Shown in pieces: positions 25,801 to 38,799 of a DNA stretch of 64,000 bases. Each line of letters opens with the position of its first letter. Positions within the stretch are counted from its first letter, which is position 1. Below the pieces are notes generated by a model. That model saw only the letters and a list, made by a program, of their open reading frames with translations. It did no database searches and was not told the origin of the DNA. The DNA is from Gnetum montanum (lineage: Eukaryota > Plantae > Gnetophyta): contig MNCI01003443.1 in assembly GCA_015680685.1 (NCBI GenBank), positions 178,267 through 242,266 on the forward strand, given 5' to 3'. A program made the translations under genes and the position numbers.

Positions 25801-28800
25801 GATGAAAAGTGTACTTCTCTTAAGATCAACTATTAGCCACTATATTTCCTCCTATTTTGTGGCTACTACATATAGGAACCTTTGAATATCTACCTCATCT
25901 ACACTACCTACATGCAAAAATGGATAATTTTCTAACAGACTAGAGTTTCTACATGTAGTTTCACCTTGTATCGTTGTACGTGATGCATGGAACTTGTTTC
26001 TTCTCGATCTTTTAAAATGCATTTTCCTTAAGAATTTCCAAGGAAATATCTCTGATACCCATTTTTGCATCAATATTACTTAGCCACATCCTTCCCATAA
26101 TGATTGGAAAATCGCCCTTATAGTTCTTAACTTTTATTATTAGGAAATTGGTAGGGTAAGATGACCCACAAATAATGGTCACAATATCTTCTACCAATCC
26201 CAATGGAACAAGGATGGATTGGTCTACCAATTCTAATATGATATTGCTCTTCTTGAGAAGTAGCAGGTTCTAGGCAGTATACATCTCATGAGAAATTAGA
26301 TTAACATGGAAACCTAAATCTATAAGAGATTTTCATGGTTCATTCCCAACAATTTGTAAATAGATAAGTGGACTTCTAGGATAGGCTAATTTCTTAGGAT
26401 GGTTGTTAGCTCAGATATAGTCAAATAGGGCATGAGTTAACATAACAATGCATATCTTGAGAGGCATTTGGTTTGAAGGGATCTTAATTTGATGAATTGT
26501 AGAGGATGAGAATGGAGTAGGGTGATTAACCACATGAGTTTGTGAGGTCTTAGGAGGGTTTTTGGATCAAAAGAATGATCGTTTATGAGATGTAAGTTTC
26601 AAACCCTTTAGTTGATTAACCATTTGTAGATTAATGGACCTTGTAGCATTACGTTATTGTGGTTGGGCTGGAAGCTCACCTTACATAGATGGAGTAGGTG
26701 GTAGCTATGTTGAGGATGGAGAAACAAGTGCAAACATAAGAGAAGGATATGGATGGAATATGGTATTCCCTCTAGGAGTTGGAGAATGAGTTTGGTGATA
26801 TTCTGAAGGATGGTAGTGATGCTAGAAAAGAGAAACATGACTAGAAGACTTAGATGGAGATAGGGATTGTTGAACATAATACTCATATGAATTTGGTTGC
26901 CTGTAAGAATAGTGCTATCATGGTGGTGACATCCCCCATGATTGTAGTTGTTTCTAGTATTGATATTGCTCATATGGTTGTGGTGGAGTTCCACTCAGAT
27001 AATAAGGTCATTACTAGTGGAACTTTTAGGGATTAGTTTGACGATAAGGTAATCTTTTGGGTGTTTATCTTTTTGATAGTCATGGATTCAGAGCATACAC
27101 CCTAGATTCCTATAAGTGTGACACAATAGAGAAACATCCTTAAGGATGTTCATAGTGGTAGATGTCACATCCACCATCATTGTCCAATTTATTCTCCATA
27201 ACTTTTTCTACTACAATGACTTTTCCCTTATTCCTTTGGTAGGCATGTTTAACTTCTTTCCATCTCCGATGGTCACAATCACTATTATGCTCTCTTGATT
27301 CTTTTGTGATTTATAGAGTACTTTAGAATTTTTCATTTAACAAATTCCACATTTTATCTACCTTGGACCAAATTTCAAACATGGATTTTTGGATTGACAA
27401 GGTCTTCCATTGCACCACTACATCAAGAGGGGACTCCTCCTCATTGTTACAAAAGCAGGCCTTCTTCCTTTTGATGGAAGGGTCCCTATTCTATTATGTT
27501 GCACTTTCTCATTTCCTCAACTCTTCTTCTTCTTTTGCTATCTACTCTATCAGCCTTTGTATATGATGAACTTTTAATTCTAATAGTTGTCTTGGTCATG
27601 GATCCTAAGGGTTCTTCATATTTCTGAGAAAAGCCCATCTATGATATGGTGAAGTTGTTCCTACTAAGAGTAATCATGGCTAGGGCATCAATGTAGTAAT
27701 GAATAATATATTCCCATGGTGGAATCCAAGGGTTCATATGTTCCATATTTCTAGCCTTGGATTTGCCTTTGTAGGTTTAACACTTTGGAGTACATCTAAT
27801 ACTTTTTATTAAATAGTTCTAGCAATGTACTTCATCAATAGATTAATTATGGTTCTAGAGACCAGTACTAGCTTTTCAATTCCTTGATGAGTGTTTTGGG
27901 AAATAGCTTGAGCTTTTTCCAATCATTGTCAATATTTTGAAAGGCATAGGCATTGTGAAAAGCTTGTAAATGCATTTGAGGATTTAAGTTATATCCCCAC
28001 TCAAATTTGGGGATATTGTTCATGCCTAGCTTCTTGATTTGACTATCTTTCATATGCCTATACAATGTTGAGCATATTTCAAGTGGCCAAAAAAGGTTCA
28101 TCATCATGATATTGATGATGCCTGTGATGTTATCTATCATCCCTTCATTCATGGTCGTCTCTATAATTATCATTGTTTTCCCATCATCTATTATTTTACT
28201 TAGATGCAAAGGAGGAAGCTAAAGTAGATGAAGAGGAAAAAAAGGAAGGAGGACTGCCACCATCATGGTGTCTACCACTTTCCCTTTATTTTTCATGAAC
28301 ACAATCTTTCTACTTATACTCCCTTTCTTAGATCTCCCACAACTATGGACCTCACTGTTATGAGAACCCAAGTTGTTGATCACAGATTTAAGATTTGGAT
28401 TTAGCTCTCCTTCAAAAAAGTCAAGAGCTGGAGATTCTACATGTTGAGAATCCTTGGAAAGAAATTCCTTTCTATCTTTTTGATCTAGTAGGAACAAGGG
28501 ATTAGTGAATCATTTCCCCTTCATGTCTTCATGGCACTTTTCCTATTGCCAATCTTGTTTGCATTGTGTCTTAGTGGGATGATAGTCCTAGAAGTCATGA
28601 TTTTCCACAATGTACCCTTTGTCAAGCTCCTCAATGCCCAATCTTGTAAGGGTTTGGAGTAGCATCTTGGGAACAGATCGATCAGGTGGCAATACAACAT
28701 TCTCCTCCATGTCTCACCACCACATTTATTCATCTTGATGGAGTATGTAAGTAAATTTGGGTACAAACTCATTAGGATGAGTATACACCACTCTACATTC

Positions 28801-28848
28801 TTATGGTACTATTGACTTAGAATCGTCATGCCTACGAGAAGAAGGCAT
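22860..28848 (-). pseudogene. gag-pol (Athila-like)
   Basis: IPKFE (gag), IIMGRMWL (PR), FMDDF-like RT core ~24975-24985, HEGPCGGHY..YWPTIFRD and ISNNGTHF (INT); many stops. Confidence 0.92.
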
Positions 28849-29000
28849 TTTTGTTAGAAACAATTTCTTAGTGTTCTTATAGTATAGTTTTGATTGATTA
28901 TTATGTATTTCTTATTGAATGATTATGACCTTATGATTTCATCCAATGATCCTAAATAATATTCACTAAGTCCTAAATAGCATACATATCAAACTAAAAG

Positions 29001-29018
29001 TCCCCCACAATGGTGCCA
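29001..29018 (-). promoter_or_regulatory. PBS, tRNA-Asp type
   Basis: TGGCACCATTGTGGGGGA, a mostly deaminated form of the Athila PBS TGGCGCCGTTGCCGGGGA. Confidence 0.85.
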
Positions 29019-29019
29019 A

Positions 29020-29908
29020 TGATGAGTTGTGAGTACCCCTACATCCAACCATATGAAACACTAAGCATTTATACATGATTTGATCAAATTTTTTGGGCTT
29101 ATAGCCTTCTAAGTACACTAGTTTCGAGGAAGTGAAACTAACTATTACAATCATTGTCTTCCCAATTACACTTGTGAAATGCAAAGGTATGGTTAAGTGC
29201 AACTGAGGCATATGATTTTTATCATTTCTTATGTTTTTTATTTTAAGTCAACTAAGGATGAGAATAATGTATAAAATAAAATAATTAAATTGCTAATTTA
29301 ATCTAACAAGCTACTCCTAACTAATCCTAATATAAGTATCCTTTCCCACTTACCGTACACATCCTGAACAGGTTTAATGCTACTAGGTTACCAAATGTTA
29401 AGCGTTACTAAAATTACCAAGCACCAAGTGTATGCTCAAAGTGGTTGTATTTATGGGATCAATTAATTATTATTTAACCTAGTTGAATTTAGCTTAACTA
29501 ACTATTTAATTACTTAAAGCATTAAAAGAAATTACAAGGTTTCTATTTTGAAGTAGAAACTAATCTATTTTGAAGTGCTATAAGGTTTATCAAAAAGCTA
29601 ATCTTTATTGTCACACACATTGTTGTGCTTAGGTACAATAGTTCTTGAATAAAAATCTATACACTCTTAACTCCTACTGCAGGCATGTAGAAAAATATTC
29701 TAACTTTCACATAAGAAAATTACAAGAGCATTTTTACAACTATAACAAAAGATGCTATAAACATGACACATGAGCATTTATTTATAGGAAAAAATAAACA
29801 CTATGTCAACAAGACCATGTTAATACATCAAATCATGCATTGATGGGATCTAGTTAATGAGGCCTAGTTGACAAGGCCTAATCAATGCAACCAATTTATG
29901 ATTCATCA
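29020..29908 (-). repeat. 5' LTR of Athila-like element
   Basis: TGATGA...TCATCA termini; homologous to 45083-46020. Confidence 0.85.
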
Positions 29909-31074
29909 TGATCCAAGAACAAAAGGAGAAAATTTGCAGGCACTCCTAAACAAATAATAATTTAAGAAGCCTAATGATAAGGGAAAGAAACCTATGGAAG
30001 ATCCACCTCATCCTAGAACAACATGAAGCTACACTTAACCTTACTAGATTTTGGTTTTCATTTTTTGTCAAAATTGTTCTAACATGTGTTCATTTTTGTA
30101 AACTCCACTATGGCAATAGAGAGTCATGTAAATATACCTTCCAATTTTGTAAGAACCTCCATCCTCATTTTTTTTTAACTTGAGAATAATTTTTTAGTTA
30201 GTTGTGGGGGTATGATAAATCCAAAAAAATTTTGAGTTAACAATATCATAGTTATGATATTGTATCTACGATGTTGTAGATACATTATCGTATCTTAGCA
30301 TACACTGTCATATAAATGATATCGTAGGGTGTGTGCCAACCTATATAATTAATGCTTAGACACACAGATCTATAATATATTTGATAGCATGGTAATATAA
30401 CTCTTTCAATTTATTTTCTTGAATTCAGTTCCTTGCAATGTATGCCCACAGTGTGATCTTTTGTAATTGAATGGAATCTTTCTTTGAGTATGATGTACTT
30501 TGATGCACTACATCACCAACAATAAAGATCAAGAATACTCTACATCATTGCAATAACACTTAGTTTTATTTTTGCTTCTAATTAGTTTACTATGTACTAT
30601 TTTCATAGTTAATATTTACCATTCCTTGCAATTTACTTTTAATGTCATTAAGTAGAATAAGTATGACTGATCTTGAACACATAAGTGTAACTACTTGGTA
30701 ACCTAGTAGTACTCTCACTTGGTATGGCTAGTAGTAGTTGCATGAAGTCCAAGGTGTGACCAAAAGATTAGGACTAGCTACTCATCACGTAGGGTAATTT
30801 AGATTTTTTTTGCTGTTACTTAGATTTAAGAACTTTTACTTTCACTTCATGATTAGTAGGAGCATACTGGCTAATTCAACCTTAGTTATCATATACCTCA
30901 TTGTGAGTTAAACCATATGCATTGATTTTACTAACTCGCATGGGAAAAGAATGATTGCAAATGCTAACTAATTATTGGTATCATCACATTGCCTTATTTA
31001 CATAGTTTGACCAAGATTACATGTGAACACTTGTATCTTATATGGTTGGGTGTTGGATACTCCATTGGTCATCA
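29909..31074 (+). mobile_element. 3' end of a plus-strand Athila-like element: PPT (30195-30212) and 3' LTR (30213-31074)
   Basis: TAGTTGTGGGGGTA|TGATA...CATCA; reverse-complement homology to 63047-63906. Confidence 0.82.
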
Positions 31075-32632
31075 ATATTGAATATGATCATGATGGAAAT
31101 AATAACTAATGTATTTTAAAAAATATAATTCTACCTAAAAACATATATATTATTTTTTAATCGTAAACATCCTTCTCTTTTAGATTATGTATGAAAATAT
31201 ATAGAATTTAAAATCTTATCATAAGCCATATCAAAATTCATGATTTGGACTTGACAGCTTTCAATCTAGCATGGATTCTTAGGATTATTAATAGGTTACA
31301 TATGTAAATCATAGAATTGGAGAAAAGTATTAAATTTTTTAAATTACTACACCAATTTGCAAAAAATTTAGAGTTATCAAATATAGGTCTAAAATTCTAA
31401 AGACCTGACATCATTAAATATTTCATCTTAATTAAATTTAGTATTCCATGCATTGGTTATTACATCAAAAAATTCTCTTTTCTTTCTAACTACTTTGAGA
31501 TTATTCTAGTCAAGGTCATCTATGTTTGGAGTTCCCTTTATCCAAAGAAAGCCATGGACATGTGGTGATCTCCTATGTTGTCACTCATATCTTGTTCAGT
31601 AATATAAGAACTTTTTTTGAAATGCCCTATGTCAAAGATGCATGAACTTAACAACTATATGTGCATTCTAGATAATATTCTTCACTCTATAGTTGTTTAT
31701 TTTAAGAGAATTTTCTACTAGTCCTTTAGACATTACTTTATGTAGGTTTGGCCAGTAAAGATTAGTCACACTTAGAGTAAAAAAGATAGTTAGTGTACCC
31801 AACTCATTTATCAAATCAAATAGTTATACTTACCATTTTCTCTAGTAGGAACATGTTCATTATATTGTAGTTTTAAATCTTATTAAATTATCAACAAAAT
31901 TATATGTAAATGAATTTTGTAGTCCTTTACATAATTTTTGGATTGTTAATAGTGCTTTGATAATATTTTTTTGAAGAATACTGATGTTGATTTTAATGCA
32001 CGATGTTTTATTATCATGTTATCAATGTGGTATCTAAAATTAAAATTAATATAGTATTAGTTCATACAATTTATAAAAAAATTAATATTATCTAGTAATG
32101 TGGAAGGATAAAATTTGTGATACTTGAATCTTTTATGACATCAAAATCTACCATCCTTGTATCTAATCAAATGTCTAGCATATTCATGTAACATAACATC
32201 ATTGGATCTTCTTGTAAGGAAGTTACATTTTTTGCATAAAAAGAATGTTAGAAATGATATTGGAAGCATTCCAACTATGTTGAACTTATTAATGGATGAC
32301 TTTAAAAGTGTTGTCCATTATACATAATCTGAAATTTTAACATTTGGATTTTATAACCAAGCTCTTATTAGATATGGTTTTTTCCTAGAATTATTAATCA
32401 AGATGCTATAGGTGATGTGTGTCTAATAATATTTTCCTCCTATAATATAAATAAAGGATCATCAAACTATAATCTCAACTAGCTAGCCTCAAATAATGTA
32501 ATGTAATAGATCCTTTTGAAAACATTAACATATATTTGATCACTAATAACATTAAAACCATGCTTATCTATGTCTATATCTTAATAGAAAGGATCATTTT
32601 ATTTATTATACAATAACATAGTATGCACATGT
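31075..32632 (-). pseudogene. Helitron-like element A, Rep (HUH) domain fragment
   Basis: GTLTIFFTLSVTNLYWP (~31745-31800) and RYE*QHRRSPHVHGFLWIKG (~31535-31595); colinear with 49130-50640. Confidence 0.88.
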
Positions 32633-33550
32633 TGATGAGTGGCAAGGTATCCCTATGCCCAACCATACAAATCATGAAGCACTCACACATGACTTAGTCG
32701 AAATCCACAGATTTTATCATTTCCAGTGTAGTAGCCCTTTAGGAAGTGAATCTAGCCTTAAGGTCAATCTTAGCCTTTCCAATTACACTTGTGACGTTTG
32801 TTGGGATGGTTAAGTGTAACTGAGGTATTCAATTTTTATCATTTTTATGTTTTATAGTTGGCCACTTGAATTGTAGATAAAAAGGGATTTGATTAACTAA
32901 TCTAAATTAATTAATTAACTAGCATTTAACTAATCCTAACATAAGCATCTGATCTCACTTTTTGTACATGTCCTGAACCCATGTATTCATTACTAGGCAA
33001 CAAAGTGCTATGTTATTAGGCATATCAAGCAATAATGCTACTAGGATTACCAAGAAAATACATGTTATGCTTAAAGTGATCATACTTATGTGCATATTCT
33101 ATCTTGCTTAATTGTCTCATTAATGTAATAACTAGAAAATATTTAATAACTAATTGAAAGAATTTAATAAATAATTGGAAATAGTAAATGAATGAATAAC
33201 ATAGCTAATCTATCCAAAGTGCTACAAGGTTTATCAGAAAGCTCATCTATATTTCCGCACACACTGTCGTGTTCACATACAATAATGCTTGAATAAAGAT
33301 TCATACACTCAATGACTCTTGCTGTGGGCACTAGGAGGAAAAATTCTAACTTTCAAATGGAAAAAATGCAAGAGCTCCACTACAACTACAATCTACTTAT
33401 GTCATAAATGTAGTTGCAAGTGCATATTTATAGCTAACACATGACACTACGTCGATAGGCCACATCAACTATGCCTTGTCGATAAGGCCTAGATGACAAG
33501 GCTACATCGACAAGGTCATGTTGATGTAGCTGACAGAATGCAACTTATCA
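32633..33550 (-). repeat. 3' LTR
   Basis: TGATGA...TTATCA; followed by PPT complement TACCCCCACAACTAAA (33551-33566). Confidence 0.95.
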
Positions 33551-33777
33551 TACCCCCACAACTAAATGAAAACTCATCCTTGAGTTCTTTTACAAAATTT
33601 GGAAGGTATGAAAATATTGATCAACTTTTTTTCAAACAAAACAAACTGACTGACTTGACAAAAAATGGTGTGTATGGATCAAATCATTATAAAAAATGAA
33701 GGTGTTCAAGACACAAAATTAAACACCATGACTCAAATCTTCAAAATTGGACAACATGTTCCTTGATAATGTGAATC

Positions 33778-36602
33778 TTATTGGAGAAGATCAAACAGTC
33801 CCAAGTGGTGGTGGCTCCTTAGGCTTTGAGGGACCTTCACCAACTTCAAGTATGGGTGGTTGAGGTGGCTATAGTATCCATTTGCTGTTGCAACTTTAGG
33901 TGGGAGGTGGAAAGCATCCAATAGTGCTTTCATTTTCTCCTCCTTACTCTTGGGATCATGCACTATCCACGTAGCTTCCCTAACATGGGTCAAAACAGGC
34001 ACATCCCAAGGACACCGGATTTCTAGAAACAACTCATTTGCATTAAAAAACTAGGCAACAAACAATTTACGTTCAATGTAAAATGCCTTAACTGTGTTCT
34101 TCAGCCCCTGGTAGTCATTCATCCATTTTCCTAGGTTCTCAACGATAGATCATTGATCTTTGAATCATCCTCTGAGAACTTCGAGTTTAGTGTTAGTAGT
34201 CTCAAGCCTCTACTTGGTGTCTTTGTGGTGCTTGAACTTAGCCTCACATAGAAAATATGAGCTAGCCACTTATTTTTCCAATTCTAACCATGGTCATCCA
34301 ACTATCAACATTGCCAAGTTTGCATAATGGAGATTGGCCAACTCCATGTACTCTATCATTTTCTTGATTTGCAACTCTTTTGATGGGTTACCACATCTGT
34401 CTTCCTTGTTGGAGTTGCTGGAGGGCTTCATTTAGTTTTTCCTTTACCATCTAAATTTGTTTTTCATTCACTTCATTCTACAAATTGACCTAGTCCTTGT
34501 AGTGATCCTTCACTTTCTCAAATTTTAGGGCTTCATTCTTCCAAGCAATGATCTTGATGGTTGATTACTGACGTAAGGTGCACACCTCCTCCATTGATAG
34601 ATTGTAGTTTTCCATGGTTAATTTTCTTATTTTAGTGTTTACCCTGGCAAGTTGCTCCTACTATTAATAAATGAATTCTTGCATTTGATCTTTCTAAGCA
34701 TCAACATTTTGCAGGTGATGATTCTATGTGGTCAATGCTTCATTCTCTTGATGCATCTAATTCAAGTATTTTTTGATTGAGTGCATTTCAACATCTACTA
34801 TAGACTATTTAGAGATGGCCATCACTACCTCCTCCTCAACCTTATAAAATCATTCTTAAAGATACTTGATAGCTTCATCCCTTGTCACTGTTGGGCTGAG
34901 GATTGCTTATTTTGCAAGTTGGGCACAAAGTTTAACAACCTCCACAACCAAGCATTGATTTTGCTCTTGGGCCATTGCTAGTTGCCACTCCAAAATAATG
35001 CATCTACCACTTGCATTTAGTAGCTCTAATTGGGTTGTGGTGATTTTCTTTGGAATATAAAAAATTTTTAGAGTCAATTTCTCAATTCCTACCAGTCATT
35101 CTAGTAATTGTTCATGCTGGGCTACATTTAATTTTCTTCTGACTATGCCTATAGACATCTACATGTCTTGAAGTGCATATACATCTAGTACAGATGCTGT
35201 GAATGCATTTAATGATTCTGCTACACTCTTAGCCACTATGTCTACTTTGTCTCCTACCCTTGGTGTTGCATCACCAAGAGAGTTTCCTCTTCACCTTCCT
35301 CCAACTACACCAAGAAAGTGGTGACATTCCCAAAGATTTCTGAGAATAGATGATGTGTTGCTAGTGACACTGTCACCTCTTAAGCATTTGCATCCAACCT
35401 CGAAGGTAGCCATGTTCTTTAGGTAGAGAAAATGGGACCACCCCTCTTCATCTGGCTAATTGTCTAGACCACCTCATTAAGGTGACCCATCACTAGCCAA
35501 TACATAGATGGATTTGTCCCACTCATTCCTACTTGCTGCTCTTGTTCACTCAAGAGTTGTTCTTATATTTTTTGTAGCCATTCCATGGTTGTGCAGGCCT
35601 CTAGTGTTGTTTCTTGAGTGGGGGTGGTGGCAAAAACTCCTTTAATTGAGTCATCGCTGGCATCTTCTCTTTCATGTTCTTAGACCATGAAGCCAAAAGA
35701 GTATGCTTGAGTATGTCATTGGAGTAGTAAAAAATTCCTACTCTCTTGCAAAATTTTCTGATGAGGCATGAAAAGGGTAGGGTCTTTCTTTCACATTCAT
35801 TTTCTTTGAAATGCTTCTTAATCTCTAAATATAGTAGTTGTGGAATGTTAATGGGAAACTTCCCACTTAGAGTGACACATGCTTGAGTGGAGAAAGTAAT
35901 CACCTTGCTTACCCTCATTGTTGGATTGAGGTTATAGGCCACAATCTTGAAATAAATCCACTCTACTAATGTGAGTGCACCATACTCCTTACAATCCACC
36001 TTGTAGCAACACTTGGTCAACTTCTTCTTGGCCTCAGGGTCACCTTGTGTGGATAATTTTGCCAACTATGTTCTAGTGTCAGGTAACCCAAGTGCTTGTG
36101 CAATAGCTTTTGTTGAGTAGGACATCTAAATGTCCTTGATCTTGACTATGGATCCTAGCCTTCGACTATTCTAGAAGAGGTATGTTTCTCCCATGTACCA
36201 CTTTCCACTAGATGTGATGATTGGCCACATGGGAAAGGTTTGCAATTAGGTCTTGACATCCTTTGGAGCCTTCTTTAAAAATGGTCCAAAGTTGATCTCC
36301 TGAAGAATGGATCATTGAATTTCTTGGGACTTGATGATATCAATGCAGGCTTGAGTCAAAGTGACCTCAAGCCTTAGCACGAGACTAGGCACTTCTCAAC
36401 TTTTTGATTGTTTAGTTGGCACTTCTTTCTATGGAATCTATTAGACAGATTTTACTTTGGGCTCCTCATGAAGAGGTCCCATTAGATGGGTTAGCTTAGA
36501 TAGTTCTTAGCCTTGTTCTTATTGGCCCCTTCTAGCTCTAGATCATTTCTCTCGTGGTTGTGAGGTTTTTCCTTCCTGCAAATGTTTTTGCTTTGGTACC
36601 AT
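33778..36602 (-). pseudogene. Athila env-like accessory ORF (Transposase_32-like domain plus long coiled-coil tail)
   Basis: WIYFKIVAYNLNPT..SKV...SGKFPINIPQLLYLEI...LPFSCLIRKFC; ATG at 36602; E/K/Q-rich decayed frame to ~33778. Confidence 0.75.
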
Positions 36603-37067
36603 TTGTAATCACAATAAAACCCTGGATTAACAATTATTGTGTAACCTTAAAATAGTTGGGATACTTTATCTCTCAAGGATAGTTACACTTAGCTAAGTTA
36701 TGATTATGACTATTTTAATTAATCTAATTATTATTTATTTATGTATTTTCATTAATAAATCATCTTTAAGGTTGTTGAAAGGGTTAATTTATGAAAAAGT
36801 TGATGCTTATATGTTGTTAAGGTTATTAAACCTTTTGGGGAGTTAAGAAATGTTTTTAAAAATTTTATCAATTTTTCATTAAAAACTTTAATGTTTGCAG
36901 CCTCCATGATAAAGATCTTACCACTGGTAAGTGTAGGATTGAAAAATAGAGTAATTTGGACAAATGGTTGGGAAGTTATGAGCTTTGGAAGGTTTTAGGC
37001 TTTGAAACTTTTCAAAAAAATCCCCTTGTATTATGAGCAAATGGCAAAAAATTACAAAGTGTTTGGT

Positions 37068-37175
37068 GGTATATATAGGGCTTTTACGATGCATTGATGA
37101 GGCATAGTCGATTGGGCCTCATCGACTAGGGTGGATGCATCAATGGGGCCTCAACGATGCAACTATTGACCATCA
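37068..37175 (-). promoter_or_regulatory. Candidate internal promoter of env-like ORF
   Basis: Cluster of GTCGAC/GAGGCC-type motifs followed on minus by CTATATATA; same layout as LTR 33426-33535. Confidence 0.55.
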
Positions 37176-38799
37176 TAGTTAAACTTTGACCTTAGTCAAA
37201 CTTGCAAAATATGAAGAGATTTTTAGTGAAATTAGTGTCAAATGAAAGCTCTAAAGACCAAGATTAGTATGAAAACATGAGAAGAGGGTATTTAAGCTCA
37301 TAAATTTTATAAAAATGAGAAAATTGATTTAGTGGATGAATGAAATGAAAGATTAAGGAGTACTGAGCAATTTACACAATGGAAAATGTAAAAGATCAGA
37401 TTGTGGTGATGTCAAAGGTAAGGAACCTTAACTAACCAAGCCAAGAGTTATGCAAGTGGGTCCTCCCCATAGTAGGCTCATGCCCTTTTTACCCTTGCAT
37501 AACCTCAACTAAGGAGTCCATGGGCTCCATAGTCGATTTAACAACATGACAAATTAAGGACCAACTTGATAGAATCCACTCAAGAATCCAAATGCATTAG
37601 ACTAAGATAGAGAGCATAACATAGAACATGGCAGTGATGTGAATTACAATAGCATGGATGGATGATAGAGAAGATGAAATGGAGTTCCAAAGTGAGGTCA
37701 TAATAAGTCCCTTATGGAATTTTGTGTTTAAAGTAGTGTAGGAAGTTCCATCCTCAGTCCAGACAAAAACCAGCCACTGTCAATGACTTTACATCACCAC
37801 TCTAAGATTAATCCATCCACTCGAGACACAAGAATGCCTCCACAAGGCAACCACCATTCCACAAGGAGAAGAAAAGAGAAGTAGGAAGTGAGAGAGTGGG
37901 CCTTAGAGGGAACCCTCAGGCATAGGTGCATGTCATTCAAGTTCCATAACTAGTGCTTGTAGCTTGTTTATTTATCCAAGGGGTGTTCTTTGAATTTGCA
38001 TTGTGTTTTTTTAATGGAAACTACACCATGCTAGGACTTATTTTTGTTGAAGGGGTGTGCTTTGAATCCCATTTATTTTGTTTGTTTGTTTGTTTTTTGA
38101 ATGGGAACCACACCATACAATGATGTTATTTGTCTTCCTAGTAGTCGTTGGTGTGGAATGGTAAGAAGTCCATGAAAAACACTTAAGCACTCAAGAAAGA
38201 AGAATAGGACAAAGAGTATTGAGTCCCCTTGAAGTCATACCCTTTACAAACCTTTGAATCCTTCCTACTTCTGGAACTACCAAGGTCATTGATTGATTAA
38301 AGTTTCTTTAATGGTAGGAACCTCAAATTCCCAAAACAAGGAAAACCATATAGTTTATTAAATAGGTGGATGATGTGGACTCATTGCCTATTGCATGAAA
38401 AATAAACCATGTCAAAGTCATTAGACATTAGAATTTAAAAATAGAAACTAGACTTTGACAATCACACATTAAGCACAAACCATCATTAGTAAATAGCAAC
38501 AACGACACTGTGTCCTTTGACAATAAAGCAAATTTATTTGTAAAAATAAAAAATATTACACTTAAAAAAATAAAGAAAAATAAAATAAAGTAAAATACAT
38601 AAGAAAGTGTAAAATAATCAAGAAAGTTTAAAGGTACGAAAGATTGTGTAAAATTAGAAAAATTCAAAAATCAAAAATTTGTAAAATCAAAAACATGAAA
38701 AACAAAAAGGTAGAAAAACTAAGAGGCCATGGTAATGGTCAGAATGGATGGCCATCTCCCCTATGATTATGTTGGAAAGAGGAGATCAAAAAAAAAAAA

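Larger units (their letters stand above)
21952..29908 (-). mobile_element. Athila-like gypsy element (5' part), interrupted in its 3' non-coding region by the Tat element
   Basis: Colinear with 37860-46020; Asp-type PBS; LTR 29020-29908. Confidence 0.9.
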
